A stretch of 64,000 bases of DNA from Candidatus Micrarchaeia archaeon (GTDB taxonomy: Archaea; Micrarchaeota; Micrarchaeia; Burarchaeales; Fermentimicrarchaeaceae): positions 1 to 64,000 of the forward strand of contig JAVZHX010000001.1 of assembly GCA_038871515.1 (NCBI GenBank). Reading direction: 5' to 3'. The notes beneath the pieces are model-generated. The model ran no database searches. It was given only the letters and a program-made list of their open reading frames with translations, and had not been told where the DNA came from. This document shows positions 36,812 through 46,131 of this stretch, piece by piece (within the stretch, counting starts at the first letter, position 1; every line of letters begins with the position of its first letter). The translations under genes were made by a program, and so were the position numbers.

Positions 36812-37797
36812 TGAGCAATGCGTTCAAAGCAGTCGCCAGCTTCATACCACGTGGCTACAGAAAAAAAGTTGAAGTTCTGCTGAACTACGCTGGGACGGAT
36901 GAAGATGTGGATATCTGGCTTGGCAAGAGAATTGTTTTCGCTTTGCTGCTTGGCGTGATTGGGGGGTTAATTGTTTTTTTCTATGCAGGAGAAGCTTCAA
37001 AAGAGCTTTCCTTTCTCGCAGGAGCGAGTGTTTTTCTTGTCACATGCATTACTTTCTACTTCCACCTTTACTACGTAATTGAGGAGAGAAGAAAAAGAGT
37101 TGAGGCAGTTCTCCCGGACTTTCTTCTGCTCATCGCAGCAAACCTAAGGGCGGGCATGACGCCAATTGCTGCATTCATAAACTCCTCCCGACCAGAGTTC
37201 GGCCCACTGGAAGAGGAGATAAGGATAGTTGCGTCTCGTTCATTGGGAACTGAGTCGTTTGTGAGCGTTTTTGGCAGGTTGAATGAAAGGATAGATTCAA
37301 AAATTCTGAAAAGAGTAGTTGGTTTGTTCACAAGCGGTATGGTTTCTGGCGGGCATCTCGCGCGTTTGCTTGAGACAAGCGCGCTTGATATAAGGGAAAC
37401 ACAGGAGTTAAAGCAGGAGTTGGAGTCAAGCACAAGGATGTATGTGATATTCATACTCTTCGTTATTCTCATAGGTGTTCCTCTGCTGCTTTCAATTTCA
37501 ATTCAATTTTTAATAAAACTAAACGCATTGAGAGCTCAGATAACAAAAGTTTCATTTGGGGAGTTTGGTTATGCATTTCTTGTGGGAGCAACCCCTCTTG
37601 AACCCCAGTTCGTTGAGAGCATGACGTATGTTATACTGATTGGAACAACCTTTTTTGTAAGCGTGCTGCTTGGTGTTATAAACGAAGGGAAATACCTTTA
37701 TGGCTTGAGGTATTTCCTTCCTCTCGCGGCGATTGGGGTAGTTGATTTTATAATTTTAAAAGGAGTTGTACAGGGAATTCTTTCCTCCTTAACATAA
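36808..37797 (+). CDS. T2SS-F/TadC-like membrane platform protein
   Basis: LPDFLLLIAANLRAGMT...EFGPL; SGG.LA.LL. Confidence 0.9.
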   Translation: MMSNAFKAVASFIPRGYRKKVEVLLNYAGTDEDVDIWLGKRIVFALLLGVIGGLIVFFYAGEASKELSFLAGASVFLVTCITFYFHLYYVIEERRKRVEAVLPDFLLLIAANLRAGMTPIAAFINSSRPEFGPLEEEIRIVASRSLGTESFVSVFGRLNERIDSKILKRVVGLFTSGMVSGGHLARLLETSALDIRETQELKQELESSTRMYVIFILFVILIGVPLLLSISIQFLIKLNALRAQITKVSFGEFGYAFLVGATPLEPQFVESMTYVILIGTTFFVSVLLGVINEGKYLYGLRYFLPLAAIGVVDFIILKGVVQGILSSLT

Positions 37798-37829
37798 AAT
37801 ATTTAAACTGAGTTGGGTGAAGTATATTG

Positions 37830-38402
37830 ATGATGAGCAAGGATGAAAGGGAAATAGAGGCAAAGCTGGAGAAGCTTCCAACTGAGTTCATAGTATTAAT
37901 CATCTCCTCAGCAGACGTTTACAGCATCGCTCAGGAAATTGCCCTGAGAGTTTTAATAAAGAAGAAGGATATGTGCGGTGTTTATGTAACATTCAACAGA
38001 CCATATTCTACTTTAAAGGAATCTGTTGGGAAGCAGGGTTTGGATTTGTCAAAGCTGTTCTTTATAGATTTGATAACTGAGAGCGCTGGGGGGAAGGCGG
38101 AAAGGAGTGCAACTGACAGATGTTTCTACGTCAGCTCACCAAAAAACCTCACCGAGCTGTCAATTCTGATGGAGCAGGCAATGCTGCGCCTCCCGAGAGA
38201 AAGGAGATTTGTTTTCATAGATTCAATAAGCACAATGCTTATCTACAACGACCCAGATACGGTGCTGAGATTCATCCACTCATTAACTGGGAAGATGAGA
38301 TTGCTCGGCATAACCGGAATAATCTTCCTGCTTGAGAAGGAGAGCGATGAGAAATTCCGAGCACAGATTTCGCAGTTCTGCGATACTGTGATTACGATAT
38401 GA
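37830..38402 (+). CDS. Inactivated KaiC/RecA-like domain protein
   Basis: YVTFNRP, LFFID, FVFIDSISTMLIYN, FCDTVI; no Walker A. Confidence 0.8.
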   Translation: MMSKDEREIEAKLEKLPTEFIVLIISSADVYSIAQEIALRVLIKKKDMCGVYVTFNRPYSTLKESVGKQGLDLSKLFFIDLITESAGGKAERSATDRCFYVSSPKNLTELSILMEQAMLRLPRERRFVFIDSISTMLIYNDPDTVLRFIHSLTGKMRLLGITGIIFLLEKESDEKFRAQISQFCDTVITI

Positions 38403-38713
38403 CATTCTGGGAGTATTCATTTTACATGTTGGCTGTTATTTTTGGAACAGTTGTTTTAAACCTAATTTTTAACTTAAAACCAATTAAAAAAATTAGAGGT
38501 GTTTTTCTTTCCATACTCCCAGTTGCAGTTTTATTTATTCTCTGGGATATTTTCGCAGCTTACAGAGGACACTGGAGTTTTAACATGGAGCATATGCTTG
38601 GAGTTGTTGTTATAAACCAGCCTCTTGAGGAGATTGTTTTCTTCTTTGCAGTTCCTTTTTATTATATAACAATCTGGGAGCTTGCAAAGAAGTTCTGTGG
38701 TGGGAAGAGATGA
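38399..38713 (+). CDS. Lycopene cyclase domain protein (CrtYc-like)
   Basis: FILWD.FA..RGHWSF....G.....PLEE..FFF. Confidence 0.82.
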   Translation: MTFWEYSFYMLAVIFGTVVLNLIFNLKPIKKIRGVFLSILPVAVLFILWDIFAAYRGHWSFNMEHMLGVVVINQPLEEIVFFFAVPFYYITIWELAKKFCGGKR

Positions 38714-39027
38714 AAGAATACACAATTCTCTGCATTGTTTCGCTTGTTCTTGTTTTTCTAGCTGATTCAATAATGAAAACGAAAGTGAGAGAGAGGAAGT
38801 TTTTTCTGTGCGCGCTTGCGCTTGCACTCATCACGCAGCTTGTTGTTGATAACATAACTGCGTGGAGAGGTTTCTGGAGCTTCAATGAGGAGATGATACT
38901 TGGAATTCATCTTCCAGTAATTCCATTTGAAAATTTGCTTTTTGGAATCTCTCTTTTCTATGCAACAATTATCTCATGGGAAAGAGGCAGTATGTTTAAA
39001 TACCACGTCTGCAAGAGTAAATTATGA
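38710..39027 (+). CDS. Lycopene cyclase domain protein (CrtYd-like)
   Basis: VVDNI...GFWSFN...LGI....PFEN.LFG......WE. Confidence 0.82.
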   Translation: MKEYTILCIVSLVLVFLADSIMKTKVRERKFFLCALALALITQLVVDNITAWRGFWSFNEEMILGIHLPVIPFENLLFGISLFYATIISWERGSMFKYHVCKSKL

Positions 39028-39698
39028 GTATATCTGATTTTAATTATGGGAAGTTATTCCTTCTGATTTTGTTTCTCCCGCTTCTCTCTGCTCACCCAGC
39101 GTGGTTGCAACCCGGTGTAACTGCTTACTATGAGGGGATAGGTGCTTTCAAAAAAGACGGGCAGTATCACTCGGGAGTGCAGATGGATATAACTGAAAGA
39201 GTTGACAGCGTAAGCAATGGAAATGTAGTGGTTACTGTTACGTATGTAGAAAGAAGCAGTGGATACACAATAACAAATACCTCCACATACCGCCCCACGG
39301 ATATTCTGGGTGCATTCTGGGCGGATGAGAGAGCTCTGCAGAATGCAAAAAATGGGGATAGAATAGGAATTTTCACTGTAACAAAGGGGCCGTACCAGGA
39401 TAGATTTACCGGCAGAATATGGAATGCGGTGATGCTTGAGGTGAAGGATAAAGCTGAGGTTAGAATGGTGTTTGAGGAGAGAACGGGTTTGTTGATACAT
39501 TATGCAGAAGTCTATCCAAACCAGGAGACATATATTGATTTTAAATCAATAAACGTTGATCTGTCGGGGTATACCACTCCTGTCGCTGAACCACGGGGAA
39601 CTCCTCTCATAGATTCAAACCTTCCTTGCTGCGGTAGCATGTTTCTTATACTCGCAGGCATCTCCCTGCTTTTTGTGAGGTGGGTGGATGAACATTAG
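39024..39698 (+). CDS. Secreted surface protein with C-terminal Cys-Cys-Gly/TM segment
   Basis: Signal peptide; WLQPG..AYY; ends LPCCGSMFLILAGISLLFVR. Confidence 0.7.
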   Translation: MSISDFNYGKLFLLILFLPLLSAHPAWLQPGVTAYYEGIGAFKKDGQYHSGVQMDITERVDSVSNGNVVVTVTYVERSSGYTITNTSTYRPTDILGAFWADERALQNAKNGDRIGIFTVTKGPYQDRFTGRIWNAVMLEVKDKAEVRMVFEERTGLLIHYAEVYPNQETYIDFKSINVDLSGYTTPVAEPRGTPLIDSNLPCCGSMFLILAGISLLFVRWVDEH

Positions 39699-42624
39699 AA
39701 TTGCAGCTCTGTTTCTCCTTCTGCTCTTTTTTACAGGTTGCTGTGGGATTACGTATGAACAGCTCTATCATTTGATTTCGTCAAACGAAACACAGACTGG
39801 AATTGATGTTTTCCCAACCAAAGCGGAGTGGACGTATATGGTTTATATGGACGGGGATAACAACCTTGAGCTAGCTGCAATTGCGGATTTTTTGGAGATT
39901 GAGCAGGGAGGCGGTTCAAGCGACAAGGTGAACTTCGTTGTGCAGATTGACCGCTCGGAAGGTTACTTCGCTGGTGAAGGAGATTGGAGTGGGGCAAGAA
40001 GGTATCTTGTTGGGAGCGGGGATGGACAGACAATCCACTCCCAGCCGGTGCAGGAGTTAGGAAAGGTTGACATGGGTGACCCAGACACTCTTTATGAATT
40101 TGTTTCCTGGGCAATTGATGAATATCCTGCGAAGAAATACGCGCTTGTTGTTTGGAACCATGGGGGTGGGTGGACTGGCATGCTGATGGATGATGGAGTG
40201 AACAGCAGCATGGATATGAATGAGATGCGACAGGCATTATCGCGCATAAAGCAGAAGCTTGGCAGAAAGATTGACGTTATAGTTTTTGATATGTGCCTTA
40301 TGGGGCAGTATGACGTGATGCTTGACACGTATGAGTATGCGGATTACATGGTTGCTTCTGAGGAAGTTGTTCCGGGATACAGCCTTGACTACTCCGCAGT
40401 TGTGAGCTCTCTCAGAGCAAACCCATCTATGACTCCAAAGCAGCTTGCTGTTGTTGAGGTGGAGAAGTTCAGGGAGTTCTACGCGGAAAAACAGCATGCG
40501 ACAACAATGGCGGCTTATGATTTATCAAAATTCCCGCAGCTGAAGAATGCGTTTGATGAGTTTGCAAAAGAGCTGACAAAAGTTGTGAAGAGCGGAAAGT
40601 GGAAGGATGTGGCGGAGATGCACCAATATGCAGAGCACTACCCGATGGGTGCTGCTGAGGAGAGAGTATTTTCGTTTGGAGACCTTTATGATTTTGCTTC
40701 AAATGCGGTTTCTTACTCGTATAACAATAATGAGCTGGTGCAGAAAGCGCTTGCGCTTCAGGAGGCGGTTAACAGCACTGTGATTTTGAACTATAACCAT
40801 CCAAAGCACTCACGCTCCTATGGAGTTTCATACTACTTCCAGCCAGCTAGATGGATATATGAAAAAATCAATGCAAACGACTACCCAAAAACAACTGCAT
40901 ATAACCAACCGGCATGGAGGGAGTTTCTCAGGGAATACTACGCAAGGGAGAATATCACATTAACCAAGCCAAGCATCTCCGAGTTCATGGTTTCACCAGC
41001 AGCATCTCTTGTGAGACCCATACGGTTCTCTTATACTGTTTTTGGCTCAAACCTTATGAAAAATCAGTGGTTGCAGTTTTACTATGAGAACGGGGAGTGG
41101 AAACTTGCTCGATTGGTAGGGCAGAGAGCAGTTACAAAGCTGCCTGACGGGAAGGTTGTTTATGGAATATCGGACGGGTTGAGCAAGGGGGTTGGGAGAA
41201 GCGCTCCGGTTGAGATGAGGTTGAGCGATGGGGTGAAAACAGTTAAGGCGAGTGTTGATAAAAGATGGCCTGCGGAGGACTTTGTTGTTGTTATGGGGTT
41301 GTTGCAGAGGGGAAATGATAAAGCAGATGCTCAGGTATACTTTTATGAATCAAACGGAAGCATAGCGCATGTTCAGGTAAGCGTTCAGGGGCCAGATGGA
41401 AAGCCGGTGATTGGTTATCTGCCTTACTTGGAAGAGGGGGATGTTTTCACTCCATACATTTTCAAACTTTCTCAGGGTTCATTAACTGCTGAGATGAGCC
41501 AACCACTCACATATTCAAAGAAGAGAGGATTTGAGGTATCTTGGCATTTGTTGGAACCAGGAACGTATATGGTTGCGGATATGCTGACGGACCTAGCGGA
41601 GCAAGCTACGTATGTGATTGGAAGTGTGAAAGTTGAGAAACAACCAACACTCACTCCTCTCAAAGAAGAGGATTTGAAGAAAAATTGGGAGTGCGGGCAG
41701 ATAGAGCAGGGAATAACAATTGTTTACCTTGCTAGCTTCAACTTCTCAGGAGGATGTGTTATGGAGGATGGGTTGGGGGTTTCGGAATGCGAGCTCACCT
41801 ACTCAAACAACGCAATCCCACACCTATATGTTTACATGAAGGATAGATTCGAAACCCTGCATTTCATCACATCAAGGATAAACGATTCAGCGATGTGGCT
41901 GTTTGAGCTTGCTGGAACAGACCCAATAATATGCGTGACAGCTGGAAGTAAACCACCCTCTCTGGATGTTTATAGAACGCTTTATGCAAGCGTAGGTGAC
42001 AAAGCAGAGGATTTGGAGGTGAGGGAGGTAAACCCGGAGGGAATGAAGGGAGAGTGGGAGAGCGAGGATGGGAAGATGGCGCTGAAGTTTAACTCAGATG
42101 GAACTTTTAGGTGGATGATAGGAAGCAATGCGATAACTGGAAGCTACACTGTAAATGTGAGTCATGTTTCGCTCAATGCAGTTGCGCCCTCACCGGAGTA
42201 TTCAACTGTTTTCAGGTATTTCAGAAGCAACCGCAAACTTGTTTTATATGATGTGACAGGCAGTGCGCTTGTTTTCAGCAGAAAAGGAGTGAAGTTACCG
42301 CAACCGTCAAACACTCCTGCACCCGCAGTTGCACCTGGTGCCACCCAGCCACAGCAAACACCGTACCAACCACCAACTCCCCCAAATGAACTTGTGGGAC
42401 AGTGGTATAATGGATATACAAACACACTGCTTGTGCTTGATGCAAGCGGTTACTACACGCTTCTTGATGGTTATTTCTACTACTACGGAACATATACTGC
42501 TCAGAACGGAGTGCTCAGTTTAACATACGTGGGGCAGACTTATCAGTATAAGTATACATTAAGTGGAAACACACTCACGCTGGAAGGACAAGGGATAAGG
42601 ATAACTCTAACCAGAGTTTCGTAA
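39688..42624 (+). CDS. Clostripain-family (peptidase C11) lipoprotein with C-terminal beta domains
   Basis: Lipobox TGCC; WTYMVYMDGDNNLE; His WNHGGG; Cys FDMCLMG; ASEE. Confidence 0.9.
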   Translation: MNIRIAALFLLLLFFTGCCGITYEQLYHLISSNETQTGIDVFPTKAEWTYMVYMDGDNNLELAAIADFLEIEQGGGSSDKVNFVVQIDRSEGYFAGEGDWSGARRYLVGSGDGQTIHSQPVQELGKVDMGDPDTLYEFVSWAIDEYPAKKYALVVWNHGGGWTGMLMDDGVNSSMDMNEMRQALSRIKQKLGRKIDVIVFDMCLMGQYDVMLDTYEYADYMVASEEVVPGYSLDYSAVVSSLRANPSMTPKQLAVVEVEKFREFYAEKQHATTMAAYDLSKFPQLKNAFDEFAKELTKVVKSGKWKDVAEMHQYAEHYPMGAAEERVFSFGDLYDFASNAVSYSYNNNELVQKALALQEAVNSTVILNYNHPKHSRSYGVSYYFQPARWIYEKINANDYPKTTAYNQPAWREFLREYYARENITLTKPSISEFMVSPAASLVRPIRFSYTVFGSNLMKNQWLQFYYENGEWKLARLVGQRAVTKLPDGKVVYGISDGLSKGVGRSAPVEMRLSDGVKTVKASVDKRWPAEDFVVVMGLLQRGNDKADAQVYFYESNGSIAHVQVSVQGPDGKPVIGYLPYLEEGDVFTPYIFKLSQGSLTAEMSQPLTYSKKRGFEVSWHLLEPGTYMVADMLTDLAEQATYVIGSVKVEKQPTLTPLKEEDLKKNWECGQIEQGITIVYLASFNFSGGCVMEDGLGVSECELTYSNNAIPHLYVYMKDRFETLHFITSRINDSAMWLFELAGTDPIICVTAGSKPPSLDVYRTLYASVGDKAEDLEVREVNPEGMKGEWESEDGKMALKFNSDGTFRWMIGSNAITGSYTVNVSHVSLNAVAPSPEYSTVFRYFRSNRKLVLYDVTGSALVFSRKGVKLPQPSNTPAPAVAPGATQPQQTPYQPPTPPNELVGQWYNGYTNTLLVLDASGYYTLLDGYFYYYGTYTAQNGVLSLTYVGQTYQYKYTLSGNTLTLEGQGIRITLTRVS

Positions 42625-42664
42625 AACGATAGCTGTTTATTTTTTTACCTTTCATTAATATCAC

Positions 42665-43630
42665 GTGATTATCACAACTAAAGATTTAACTAAAAAATTC
42701 GGAAGCTTAATTGCAGTTGACAGGTTGAATATTGAGATTGAGGAGGGTGAAGTATTTGGCTTGCTCGGCCCAAACGGAGCTGGCAAAACAACCACAATTT
42801 CAATGCTCTGCACTTTATTAAAACCAACTTCTGGAAGCGCAAAAGTGAATGGATTTGATATAGTTAAACAGCCTGGTAAGGTTCGTTCATCAATTGGAAT
42901 TGTTTTTCAGGAGCCCAGTGTTGATGATTTGCTCACAGGTAGGGAGAATTTGGAGATGCATGCGCTGCTTTACAAGCTGCCAAGCGAAATAAGGAAGAGA
43001 AGGGTTGATGAAGTTCTGCAGCTTGTTGGTTTGGAGGATAGAGCAGATGAGTTAACTCGCTACTACTCGGGTGGTATGAGAAGGAGGCTTGAGCTTGCAA
43101 GGGGTTTGATGCATCATCCCAAAGTTTTATTTTTGGATGAACCAACACTTGGCTTGGATCCTCAAACAAGGGAACATATTTGGGAGTATATAAGGAAGTT
43201 GGCAAGGGAGGAGGAGATAACGATACTTTTAACAACGCACTATATGGAGGAAGCGGATTTGCTATGCGATAGAATTGCAATAATGGATGCTGGGAGGATA
43301 GTGGTGCTGGACAAATCAGAGAATTTGAAGAGAAGAGTTGGGGGGGATATTGTTGTGCTTGAGATGGATAAGCCTGATTTGAGAAAAATTAAGAAGCTGA
43401 GTTTCGTTGCAGGTGCTGAGATGAAAGATGGCTCGGTTCAGATAGTGCTGAAAGATGTGAACAGAAATCTTCAGAAACTTCTCAGCAAAGTTGGGAAGAT
43501 AAAATCTGTTGAGGTGAGGCGCGTGACGTTGAATGATGTTTTTATTCATTACACGGGCAAGCAGATAAGGGAGGGGGAGGAGGAAGGGGGTTTCTGGGAG
43601 AGGGTTGCCCGTTTTGAGGAGAGAAGATGA
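42665..43630 (+). CDS. ABC exporter ATP-binding protein (DrrA-like)
   Basis: GPNGAGKT, YSGGM, DEPTLGLDP, TTHYMEEA. Confidence 0.95.
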   Translation: MIITTKDLTKKFGSLIAVDRLNIEIEEGEVFGLLGPNGAGKTTTISMLCTLLKPTSGSAKVNGFDIVKQPGKVRSSIGIVFQEPSVDDLLTGRENLEMHALLYKLPSEIRKRRVDEVLQLVGLEDRADELTRYYSGGMRRRLELARGLMHHPKVLFLDEPTLGLDPQTREHIWEYIRKLAREEEITILLTTHYMEEADLLCDRIAIMDAGRIVVLDKSENLKRRVGGDIVVLEMDKPDLRKIKKLSFVAGAEMKDGSVQIVLKDVNRNLQKLLSKVGKIKSVEVRRVTLNDVFIHYTGKQIREGEEEGGFWERVARFEERR

Positions 43631-44403
43631 GCGAGCTTGAAGCAGTTTATGCGATCTGGGTGAGGGAAGTTAAAGTTTTTATCAGGGAGAGGGAGAGGCT
43701 TCTCTCATCTTTCATCTCCCCGCTCCTCTGGCTTATTGCATTCGGTTCTGGTGTTGGGGCGAATGTTTCCCTGCAGGGAAGCCGTTACCAGGGGATAAGC
43801 TACCAGGCGTTTATCTACCCTGGAGTGCTGAGCATGGCGTTGCTTACAACTTCTGTTTTCTATGGGATGTATATTATATGGGACAGAAAGTTGGATTTTC
43901 TTAAAGAAGTTCTGGTTGCTCCAGTTTCAAGAACAAGCATATTCCTTGGGAAGATGCTTGGAGGATGCACTGATGTGCTGCTCCAGTCTCTTCTCCTGCT
44001 GATTATTGGAGTTTTTATAGGAATACCATTAACTCCGCTGAGTTTTGTTTATTCACTGCTCATCCTAATTTTAATGTCTGTTGCAATGGTGAGCTTAGGT
44101 TTGGTTACGGGCTCAAATTTAACAAATCAGGAGGCGTTTGGGCTTGTTATGAACTTTGTGGTTTGGCCACTTTTCTTCTTCAGTGGAGCTCTGTTTCCTG
44201 TAAGCAATTTACCTGCATGGCTTGCGGTTCTTACGTACTTGGATCCACTCACATACGGAGTTGATATGCTGAGGGGTGCTGTGCTTGGAGCGCACGTTCA
44301 AAGTTTTCCAACATACGTGAGTTTATCCGTTCTGCTTGGTTTCTCTCTTCTCATGATGTGGCTAGGAGTGATGAGCTTTGGGAGAATGCAACAGTCAAAA
44401 TAA
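43627..44403 (+). CDS. ABC-2 permease (DrrB-like)
   Basis: WDRKLDFLKEVLVAP, FFSGALFP, DPLTYGVD. Confidence 0.93.
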   Translation: MSELEAVYAIWVREVKVFIRERERLLSSFISPLLWLIAFGSGVGANVSLQGSRYQGISYQAFIYPGVLSMALLTTSVFYGMYIIWDRKLDFLKEVLVAPVSRTSIFLGKMLGGCTDVLLQSLLLLIIGVFIGIPLTPLSFVYSLLILILMSVAMVSLGLVTGSNLTNQEAFGLVMNFVVWPLFFFSGALFPVSNLPAWLAVLTYLDPLTYGVDMLRGAVLGAHVQSFPTYVSLSVLLGFSLLMMWLGVMSFGRMQQSK

Positions 44404-44907
44404 TTAAAGTTTGAGAAATGTATCCTCTTTTATCTCATCAATTGAAACAAGGGTGACTGTTTTTGTTATTCCTTTTATCGTCCTTATTCTCTCATTCACA
44501 AATTTGCCAAGCTCATGAACGTTCTTGAACTTCACCTTTATCAATAAATCCCAGTCCCCGCTGATTGTGTGAGTTTCAAGCACCTGCGGGAGAGAAGCAA
44601 CCTTCTCCCCAATGTTGTGCTGGAATGTTTTCTCTCCGCCAATGTATTCTGTGCATGCCATTATGAAAGCAGTTACAGAGAAATCAAGCTTCTTCTCATC
44701 GAGAATTGCTCTGTAGGCTTTTATGATTCCCGTTCTTTCAAATTTATTTATTTTTTCGTGAACTGTTGACATGGGCATTCCAACTTCGTTTGCAAGCTGC
44801 TTGAGGCTTTTCTTGCAGTTCAGCTGCAGCTTTTCAAGCAACAACAAATCCTTCTCATTGAGCAAAATTTTTTCCAACTTATTCACCTCCACGCGTTTTT
44901 TTTCCAT
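44404..44907 (-). CDS. Lrp/AsnC family transcriptional regulator
   Basis: HTH LKQLANEVGMPMSTVHEKI...GIIK; RAM domain ISGDWDLLIKV. Confidence 0.93.
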   Translation of the reverse strand: MEKKRVEVNKLEKILLNEKDLLLLEKLQLNCKKSLKQLANEVGMPMSTVHEKINKFERTGIIKAYRAILDEKKLDFSVTAFIMACTEYIGGEKTFQHNIGEKVASLPQVLETHTISGDWDLLIKVKFKNVHELGKFVNERIRTIKGITKTVTLVSIDEIKEDTFLKL

Positions 44908-45008
44908 ATTTTTTACATTTTAAACGTTTATTTATGTAAATTTTTCAAATTTTTTTGATAAAGTTATAAATATTACTAGTATATAAAACTTCTCTTGGAG
45001 GGTGGTGG

Positions 45009-45161
45009 ATGAGAAAGCTTGCTGCAGGTGAGTGGTTGAAAGGGCTTCTGGAAAGATTTAACGCAGGAGATGCAAGCAGCTTTCACACCTCTGTCTTTGA
45101 GAATGCATTTGAGGGAGTAAAAGCTAGGTTCAGGGAGTTAGGTGAGAGCAGGAAAAAATAG
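45009..45161 (+). CDS. Small 50-aa protein (below ORF-track cutoff)
   Basis: MRKLAAGEWLKGLLERFNAGDASSFHTSVFENAFEGVKARFRELGESRKK; GGAGGGTGGTGG RBS; TATA-like boxes upstream. Confidence 0.6.
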   Translation: MRKLAAGEWLKGLLERFNAGDASSFHTSVFENAFEGVKARFRELGESRKK

Positions 45162-45261
45162 AAAGTGATTTCAAGAAGGAGGTTTGCGTAGGGGTCACCT
45201 TCTCTTTTCTGAAAAAAGAAAGCTTTTAATACAAATCAGTTTTAAAGTAGTTAGGGAGAGA

Positions 45262-45612
45262 ATGGCGTTTGTTTACAAGGGGTATGGATTCCTCACAAGC
45301 CTTATTTTTATTTTGGCGGATAGGTATATTCTGAAAAGGAAGCCAACTTTCCTTGAAACGCTTGGTGTTGTTTTCATAGGAAGGGTTACTCTTGATGCAG
45401 CTGTTTTTTCACTTTATTATTTCACAGGCGAGTGGTTCCTTGGGGCAACCCTGAATGATTTATCTGATTCCATACTGATTTTTGTTTTCTGGATAATCTG
45501 GTTCTTCTGCGAGAAGTATGATGAGAGAAGGGAGAGGAGCAAAAAAGCTGCTGAGGAGAGAGAAAAAGAAGAGAAAAGTAAAAAAGAGGAGCGCAAAGCT
45601 AGAGAAGCCTGA
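45262..45612 (+). CDS. Small membrane protein with charged tail
   Basis: Three hydrophobic segments followed by an E/K/R-rich tail. Confidence 0.65.
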   Translation: MAFVYKGYGFLTSLIFILADRYILKRKPTFLETLGVVFIGRVTLDAAVFSLYYFTGEWFLGATLNDLSDSILIFVFWIIWFFCEKYDERRERSKKAAEEREKEEKSKKEERKAREA

Positions 45613-45688
45613 GCAACAATAAAGGTAAAATTGTGGCTTGGATGACGATTCAGAAAAACATTCTCAATAAGATCACTGTAATAATCTT

Positions 45689-45906
45689 ATGAGATATTCT
45701 CGTGAATGTGGGAAAAAACTTCTCAAATCAAATCTGAGGCTCTCTCCCGAATGCAGAGCTAAACTTTTCAAAGAAGCACTTCTTCTCCAGCTGTAGGAAG
45801 GCCACCTGTAGAACCTGTTGTAGGCAGGAGATCAAATTTCGGGCTTCTCGTTATACTTTTGGTTCTAGCTGAGATATCGCTGCAATGGGCTGTCTATGAG
45901 AGCTAG
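45689..45906 (+). pseudogene. Decayed Zn-ribbon/Pro-linker/TM protein gene
   Basis: MRYSRECGKKL...LSPECRAKL, then a shifted frame TSSPAVGRPPVEP...FGLLVILLVLA. Confidence 0.55.
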
Positions 45907-46131
45907 ATAAAAGTAACTGAATGGAGCATCATTTCTTGCAGACTTATACAGCAAAATTCGTTTCGCCTCGGACGCTGTTGACCTCATCATTTTTTATCAG
46001 GGGTTGTTCATGTCCTCATCGGCAGTATTAATTTGCATTTCTCTGCTTAAATAGATATGCGAAGCTCGAGGGGCATAACCTTTATAAATTGAAATTGAGG
46101 AATAATTTGAGAATTGTACTGGGGGGATAGA

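Noticed and set aside
26771..37797. Archaellum or circadian clock operon
   Set aside because: No archaellin or FlaF/G-like genes; two TadC-like genes indicate a pilus; the KaiC homolog is single-domain with no KaiB.
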